A stretch of DNA of 64,000 nt from the NCBI GenBank assembly GCA_973895155.1, contig OZ316896.1:8763539-8827538 (forward strand). Direction: 5' to 3'. The notes below the pieces were generated by a model. That model made no database searches. It saw only the letters and a list, made by a program, of their open reading frames with translations, and was not told where the DNA came from. The position numbers and the translations under genes were made by a program. The DNA is from Marsupella aquatica. Taxonomy: Eukaryota; Plantae; Marchantiophyta. This document shows, one piece after another, positions 57,412 to 64,000 of the stretch (within the stretch, counting starts at the first letter, position 1; every line of letters begins with the position of its first letter).

Positions 57412-58743
57412 TCAAATGTCGATGGGACTGTAGATGAATCTTCCCCTCCTTTGGTCTCTCCATCGAGATAATATTGATCCACCAATTACCGCAGCGACTA
57501 AGGCCCCCGCGCCTAACAAGATCCCCAATATTGCCTTAATGACAATGGACCCTCCTCGTGACGACGGAGCAGGTCCGTCGGCGATGAGGAGGAGAAGTAT
57601 GCCCGTAACTCCCGTGTGTCTCTCCTCGTTGTTATATACAGCTTTCAAATGTAATTTCTCCCTAGCTCTAATGTAAATTGATGTGGGATCGGGGTAGCAA
57701 GAGGTCATACCAACAATGTACCCCGTCTCGTCTCCACTCCCTTGGCCGTAAATAGGATGCGACTCGCAGATTTCATGTCCGTTTCCGAGGGAGATCGAAG
57801 CAACGAGCCCACCGCTGTGCAGGTGCGCAGAGGAGAAGACTACGTAGCCACCCTCCGGTAAGAAGGCCACCGCCTCCTGCTTGTGGATGCATTCCCTCGC
57901 TCCCACCGCACACTTGGGGACAGTGTATTCCAACATGCACTTGGCCGGTTGGTCCCAAGCGGTCCGCTGATCAGTGACGTCCATGAGGTAGACCTTCACC
58001 GGGACGATTTCTGCTGAGAAAAACACAAAAGTGATGGTGAACTCCAAAAACAGTTCCCTCCGCACGTCCTCAAATCCGAGCTGCAACGGGCAATGTGTCT
58101 CATCATGGCAGCAGAGCATCCCACCCTCGTAACTCGGAGGTATGTCCCTGCCATATCCATCCACGGTCACATTGTAGACGTTGCAGAGGCACTCCCTGCA
58201 TTCCATTGGATCCACAACCCCTCGGGTGTCGATCGCACGCACGTTAAGGAACCACACCTCCACCATCCCCTCAGGCACGTCGTCTGGATTGCCTAGAACG
58301 ATTCCATACGGCGGCGGAATGGTTGAATTCGTGTGACTGAACTCGGACCCGAGCCCGAACCACTGCACCAGGGAAGGATTGCAAACGCCATTGTTGGCCA
58401 CGGGTACCATCTCGATGCCGACACTGCCCGAGGAGGTCGAATTGACGTAGTATCGAACTAACACCCATCGATGGAGATAAGTCTCCGAGAGAGGGATCTG
58501 GTCTCCAGCCGAGTCCACCACCGTCATGTCCAAGCTGCGCACCGCGATATGCTCCTTCGGCATTGCCACCGGGAGGTACCTGTCGATCACGTCTCCGGGT
58601 CCCAGAGTGAAGCCGGGCGATCTGAATGTCTTCGTTTGTATTATCTCCTTCCCATACGCTCCCGAAAACTTTATCGTCGTGCTCAACAACACGAATGTGC
58701 ACAGCCATCGCACCCGCACCGTAGCAAATAGAGTGCTCGCCAT
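57412..58743 (-). CDS. Stress up-regulated Nod 19 (SURNod19) family protein with signal peptide and C-terminal TM helix, intronless
   Basis: 443 aa. Motifs F.SP...LGPG.V, HIAVRS, VVDSAG..IPLSETYLH.W, QWFGLGSE, AIDTRGV, C.EC.C..YNVT, Y.GG..CC.D, AHLHSGG, GYIVGMTSCYP and HTGV.G. Hydrophobic segments at both ends. Confidence 0.88.
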   Translation of the reverse strand: MASTLFATVRVRWLCTFVLLSTTIKFSGAYGKEIIQTKTFRSPGFTLGPGDVIDRYLPVAMPKEHIAVRSLDMTVVDSAGDQIPLSETYLHRWVLVRYYVNSTSSGSVGIEMVPVANNGVCNPSLVQWFGLGSEFSHTNSTIPPPYGIVLGNPDDVPEGMVEVWFLNVRAIDTRGVVDPMECRECLCNVYNVTVDGYGRDIPPSYEGGMLCCHDETHCPLQLGFEDVRRELFLEFTITFVFFSAEIVPVKVYLMDVTDQRTAWDQPAKCMLEYTVPKCAVGARECIHKQEAVAFLPEGGYVVFSSAHLHSGGLVASISLGNGHEICESHPIYGQGSGDETGYIVGMTSCYPDPTSIYIRAREKLHLKAVYNNEERHTGVTGILLLLIADGPAPSSRGGSIVIKAILGILLGAGALVAAVIGGSILSRWRDQRRGRFIYSPIDI

Positions 58744-59225
58744 GCTGATTGAGGCCTCCTGCCTCAGTCAGATCAGATCACAGTATCCACCTTCCGCTCC
58801 AGGACTCCGGGCTCTTTCTCCAGATCTATCTGGAGATCGAAAATCCGTCAAGCAAACAAGTCCTGCAGCGAACAATCAACCCGTACCTGCCAAACACTTC
58901 ACACGAAATCTGGAGGTATGAAAAAATTATTCCACCTGCTGACAGACAACGGATCAGGCTCGACTCTTTCTCTGTTTTGCATATTTGTCTAATAAACCGT
59001 GTCTTCCGACATGGAGACACAATCCTCGGCTAGCTGAAATTCTCTCGAGCTTCCGCACCCGTACCCATTCATTCCTACGGTAGCATCCACAATCGTCACA
59101 TAATTATGTTCTGGCAGAGGCCGAGGTACAGGGCATTGGCAGGAAGCCGAGAAGCCGAGAAGCTTGGAATGCGGCGGCAGTTGACTAGAACTCCGTAGTA
59201 CCCCCCCCTGTAAGCACGAGCAGTA

Positions 59226-59744
59226 CAGTCGACTATCGCTAAGTGCATAATCTCGAGAAGATGGTGCTCTAACCGAGGGTTTGCACTAATTAATAAGTGC
59301 AAAGTCCTAATTTGGCACTAACTGATAAGTGCAAAGTACTAATTTTGCACTCGTTGGTAAGATCCCTGTGTTAAGCCAAAGTGTCCCTTTAAATTAAGAG
59401 TAACTTCTCTTGAAATAGTGGAACAAACTGGCACTGTAGAGGAGAAAAGTGAAATGGTGGTGCAAACCCATAATTCTTCTAACTCCATTAATGTATGTTT
59501 AACTCTACCTATAGAGGAATGCACTTATCAGTATATTATGCAATGTGATTAGATTTTGCTCATACTGATAAGTGCGAATGAACACTTATAAAAATTCTGC
59601 ACTTATAAAGTTGTCAATCACGAAAGTGCTTTTCGCACTTAGAAAAGTGCAAAAAGAAGTGCAACATCTGTGTCACATAAAAGAAGGGATACCTTGCACT
59701 CAGCCGTTGCACTTATATAGTTTTCACTTATAGAGAGCCGGCTG
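59226..59744. mobile_element. Tc1/mariner (pogo-like) MITE, 519 bp
   Basis: TA|CAGTCGACTATCGCTAAGTG ... CACTTATAGAGAGCCGGCTG|TA: imperfect 20-bp TIR with TA TSD. Many internal TAAGTGCA/TGCACTTA subterminal motifs. Confidence 0.75.
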
Positions 59745-60044
59745 TAATGCAGTATGGGGCATTGTGCACTCTTCATCCTAGAATCATGGCAGGCCCAGTG
59801 GCCCACATAACACTAGACGCCCTGCAATAATTCGATACAGGGGTCCAGTAAAGATTCCTGAGTCACAACGCCAATGAGAGATTGGCAGGTGGGAACAGAA
59901 AAGGCCCCACTGACCCCATCATGTTGCCTTTTGTCCCTGATCCCCACAAAGCCCCACAGCTGCGAGGGGTCCCTTCTCTTCACTGGCCGCCAAGACAGCA
60001 GCATGGGGGGATCTTTTTAAGGGTGGATTTACAGGATGTTAATT

Positions 60045-61020
60045 CACCCTGAGTTAAATCTACATCTCGTTAATGCTCCCCCACTTCCCCGAGGCGCCGT
60101 ACACTGCCTGTCCCAGTCCCCGATGTTGCTGCCCGCTCCGGCCCAAGTTTGGCAGAACATAAACCAATACTCTACCATTTTGTCAAGCCCTCCGACCCGA
60201 TAAACTTTGGGTCATCGACTTTGGGTTTATGTTTTGGCACCTTTGCTTGCTCCGGCCTGACGACTTAAGTTTGTGTCATCGATTTATTCCTTGTGAAGTC
60301 TATGTTTATGTTCTGGCAACACTTCTTTCCAACATAGTCTAAGTGTTGGCAAACCTAGTACTTTGGTTAAGAGTCATGATTTATAAAGTCTTGGTTTATG
60401 TTGTGCCAAATACTTATTCTCTATGGAGTTGTGATTAATGTTTTGGCAACACTTCTTTCCAAGGGAGTCATGCTTGTTTGGTAACCGTGTCTAAGTGTTT
60501 AGGCACAACCTAGTATTTTGGTTAAGAGTCGTGATTCTAGAGTCTTGGTAGATGTTTTTCCAAATGCTTCTTCTCGATGGAGTCAGGGTTTATGTTCTGT
60601 CAACACTTCTTTCCAATGGAGTCATACCTATTTTGTAATAGAGTCTCAATGTTCAAGGGGAGCCTAATACTTTGGTCGAGAGTCATGACTGATAGAGTCT
60701 TGGTTTATGTTGTGCCAAATATTTATTCTCTATGGAGTGGTGGTTTATGTTTTGGCAACACTTCTTCCAAAAAGTTGATGGCACAAAGTCAATCGGGCCG
60801 GAGCGGCCGACAAAACATTTTGGGTGCCAAAACATAAACCTGAAGTCGATGGCGCAAAGTTAATTGGGCCGGAGCGCATGATTTAAATTGTAGAGTATTG
60901 GTTTATGTTCTGCCAAACTTGGGCCGGAGCGGGCAGCAGCATCGGGGACTGGGACGGGCAGTGTACGGCGCCCCGGGGAAGTGGGGGAGCATTAACGTGA
61001 TGTAGATTTAACTCGGGGTG
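60045..61020. mobile_element. Long-TIR non-autonomous DNA element (976 bp), CACCC...GGGTG termini, TTAATT duplicated at both flanks
   Basis: About 130 bp near-perfect inverted arms (60045-60175 vs 60890-61020), extending imperfectly to ~240 bp. Internal repeats of GTTTATGTT.TG(G/C)CAA. TTAATT at 60039-60044 and 61021-61026. Confidence 0.9.
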
Positions 61021-61539
61021 TTAATTCTGGCCTGGTCTACATGGGGGGATCTTTGTAAGGGTGGCTTTACAGGACATTAATTGTGGCCGGTCTACAAGAT
61101 GTGATCGAGACCGTTGGGGGGTCTTCAACATATTTTATTTATCTACAAGATATAATGAGAGACCTGGATTGGGGAGAAACATGCCGTGCACCTTACAAAA
61201 TGTGGGAGCACTATCCTTGAGAAGTGGTGCCCATCCTTGCCCTTGGTTTGTGCACTTTGTATGGCACAATAAGTCCTGGCAGCACAGGAGTCCTTGGTTG
61301 TGCACTGTGTATGACATAAGCTCTGTCACACCGTGAGGATAATTCACAATATTGTCAGTGAGTACCATGTGTGAAGTTGAGGGCGGTGTTGCATGTAGAA
61401 AGTCCTCAAAAAATAGGCCCTTAACTGATTGCACTCTATGAATGAAAGAGACATTCATACCTCAACCCTCACCTAAGGCAGGCCTGACTGCATCATTTAG
61501 CTATTTCAAGGACAAAGGCCTGAAATTGTGCTAGAGAGA

Positions 61540-61663
61540 CATGACTTTGTGATAGCTCATTTGAATGGAGACTGACAAGTTTTGGGTTCAACTATTGTGG
61601 AGGCATGACTTTGTGATAGCTCACTTGAATAGAGACTGACAAGTTTTGGATTCAATTATTGTG
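61540..61663. repeat. Tandem duplication, ~64 bp
   Basis: CATGACTTTGTGATAGCTCA.TTGAAT.GAGACTGACAAGTTTTGG.TTCAA.TATTGTGG occurs twice. A similar 60-61 bp duplication lies at ~62013-62126. Confidence 0.85.
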
Positions 61664-62269
61664 GTTGACTCTTCCCTTTCTGTGGGGTTTCACAGATTTC
61701 CTAAAATAATAATAAAAGATACTTTACACCAAGGCCTGAAATTGGCCGACCCTTCACTTCCTATCTTTAAAAGTCAAACAAAAACAACACATCTTTCCTT
61801 AGTTGATTCTTGTAGATTTGTGATGAACTTTTTACCGACAATCTAGGAGTGGCAAGTGCTAATTTTTTCAGGATCTTCTTCATGCAAGATCTGCTGGAAA
61901 ACATAGGGCAGCCTACTCATATGCAAGTTGGCTCTAAATAACTGTTTTGGAATGATGATGACCACCATGTCCGGACCCTCTCTTTTCAGCTTAATTTTTG
62001 TACAAAATGCAGGTGACCAATGTGTAACCATTTTTTGAGGTACCTACTATTCCCATAATCTATTGCCCTGCATGTGACCCTGTGTAACCATTCTTGGAGG
62101 TACCTCCTATTTCCGTAATCTATTGGAGTGAAGTAACCTTTTCCAGACACTAATAAGTCAGTACAATAATGGAGGTTTGGGCAGGGTTCTAGCCTGAACC
62201 ATGCTCCAAGAAAACTTAGAAAAGCTCCTACCCTGTCAGCTTTTCCTCTGTCAAGTTTTCTTCTTTCTT

Positions 62270-62645
62270 CACTTTCTGGTAACAGGCCACCATAGCCCAG
62301 GTTTTGTAACAGACCACTATGACCCAGCTTTTCTTAGCTTTCTGGTAACAGGCCACTATAACCCAGGTTTTCTTCACTTGGTAGTAACATGCAGCTAAAA
62401 CCCAGACCCGGCCCCCATTATCCTATATTAGAGGGGTTTGGAGAAAGCCCCCCCACATTTCACTCACTTCTCTCCTTATCCCTGCCATTGTGCTCCACAA
62501 TTTCAGGCATTGTGTTCCACAATTTCAGGCAATGTGCTCCACAATTTCACGAAGCCCATTGAGCTCCACAATTTCAGGCAATGTGCTCCATAATTTCACG
62601 AAGACATTGTGTTCTACAATTTCAGGCATTTGTGCTCCACAATCG
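62270..62645. repeat. Minisatellites: CTTTCTGGTAACAGGCCAC.AT..CCCAG (x3) and TGTGCTCCACAATTTCA(GGCA) (~x7)
   Basis: Direct inspection. The two arrays flank a TATA-like CTATATTA at ~62423. Confidence 0.8.
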
Positions 62646-62857
62646 CGCGAGAAAGTTGCTCTAAGTGGTGGAACCTGGTGGATCCATGTTTGGTCATGGC
62701 TAGTGGGGATTTTATGGTGTGAGCTGTGAGAGTACGAGAGAACACTAGTTTATTGCAAACGAAAGCTGCGAGGGGATAACACATAGAAGATCGTTCAAGC
62801 CAGGTTTACAAACTTGGCTCGCTCGAGTGATTCCAGAAACAGAAACGAAGAAAAGCA

Positions 62858-63457
62858 ATGAAGAACGGTGCTAGTAAAAATGTCACTGAAGAGGCACCCG
62901 TCACGACAATCAAATTGAAGCCAATGGAGTTGACTCCTGAAAACTTGAAACCTTACGGGCAGATTGTTCGACCTTCGGCTGATGGTCAGGAATTCGACTC
63001 CAGCGACGCTCAGCTTGATTTGAGTCATGGTATTCCGAGGTTCTACATTATGCATCTGGAGGACCGTAAGAGTTTGAGTTTTGACAATATCACGCATCAT
63101 GCCAGCGTTACCCAGTGCTTGGGTTCCATTGGAGGTCAATCATGGTATCTAGCTGTGGCTCCGGCGTCCGTAGTGCAGGTCCGTGGAGAACCTGACAATT
63201 CTGGTGTACATGCGGTTTGGTCCAAAGCAGGGCACAGTTACGTCCCGCCGTCTCCCGAAGATGTTCGCGTTTTTCGAGTTGATGGTCCACAATTTCTTAA
63301 GCTTCATGCTGGAACTTGGCATGCGGGTCCCTTTTTCACTTCGCACTCGATGGATTTCTACAATCTAGAGCTCAGCGATACCAACGTAGTGGATCACACC
63401 ACTCATGTATTCCGGGAGAAAGATAGGGTTTCCTTCCAGATAGATGATGACCGGTAA
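62858..63457 (+). CDS. Ureidoglycolate lyase/hydrolase-like (AllA-type cupin fold), intronless
   Basis: 199 aa. LTPENLKPYGQIV, LDLSHGIPRFYIM, ITHHASVTQCLGSIGG, FLKLHAGTWHAGP and FYNLELSDTNVVDH match the plant ureidoglycolate hydrolase-like family as recalled. Confidence 0.85.
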   Translation: MKNGASKNVTEEAPVTTIKLKPMELTPENLKPYGQIVRPSADGQEFDSSDAQLDLSHGIPRFYIMHLEDRKSLSFDNITHHASVTQCLGSIGGQSWYLAVAPASVVQVRGEPDNSGVHAVWSKAGHSYVPPSPEDVRVFRVDGPQFLKLHAGTWHAGPFFTSHSMDFYNLELSDTNVVDHTTHVFREKDRVSFQIDDDR

Positions 63458-64000
63458 CTTGAACACGACAGTCCAATTTATTCTCCTCCAGCAATCGAGC
63501 GGTAGGCTGTTATACTAGGACTCCACGATAAACGTACAGGACTTCGGAGGACGATGATTTAAAACAACTTCACTGTTATACTGTCCATGGCTGCCGGGCT
63601 ATGAGCCAGACACGGCAGGAACTCTTGAAGAAATTCCATTTTGTCAGCAGATTGCATTTGTACATACAGATACACCAGATTCTCCAAGTGGCTATCCCGG
63701 CGTTTGAATTCAACTGCAAATTGTTGGAGAGTAATTGGGACATTACTTTGCAGTGTACCGAGGTGCATAAACTCTCCGAGAACACAATCAACGAAGGTCA
63801 TTCCCAGCCTTTAGAGAAGCAGCCATGATTAGGGTTTACGGTCGATGGTCCGCATTTTACCATTTCGAGTCCGCCGGTGTATTTTGTTTTTGATAACGAA
63901 GGGAGTAATACGGTATCTCTGATTCTTCTCCATATCTGAACCAGATGCCTCTGCGCTCGGGGGATACAGGAGCTTTGATCACCTACTCCCTGTTTGCAGT

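Noticed and set aside
59785-59816. Possible Helitron 3' end (GC-rich stem then CTAG)
   Set aside because: The hairpin is weak, CTAG is not followed by T and no 5' TC end was identified.
63828-63838. TTAGGGTTTA as a telomerase RNA template or telomeric repeat (also ~37172)
   Set aside because: Single short telo-box-like matches with no USE/TATA Pol III promoter or array.

Overview
Eukaryotic nuclear DNA from a land plant, probably a non-seed plant such as a bryophyte or lycophyte (inferred from gene content, short GT-AG introns and GA-rich leaders). Seven intact conserved genes are present. Four are multi-exon: PI4-kinase beta, RNA polymerase I/III subunit AC40, U-box E4 ligase UFD2 and a FEY-like short-chain dehydrogenase. 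Three have intronless CDSs: a GT34 xyloglucan xylosyltransferase-like gene, a SURNod19-like membrane protein and a ureidoglycolate lyase-like protein. A probable decayed spliced orphan gene lies at about 47-51 kb. Intergenic DNA holds non-autonomous DNA transposons with readable TIRs and TSDs, plus many short tandem duplications. The most notable observations are (1) a 976-bp long-TIR element with CAC...GTG ends and a 6-nt duplication, supported by an adjacent empty-site repeat copy; (2) a GC-rich 600-bp element with CCCGGTTTG ends and an 8-bp TSD; (3) a SURNod19 copy lacking three of six putative copper ligands; and (4) a non-canonical GC splice donor in FEY. No rRNA, tRNA or CRISPR features were seen. 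All homology calls come from recalled family motifs, not database searches.
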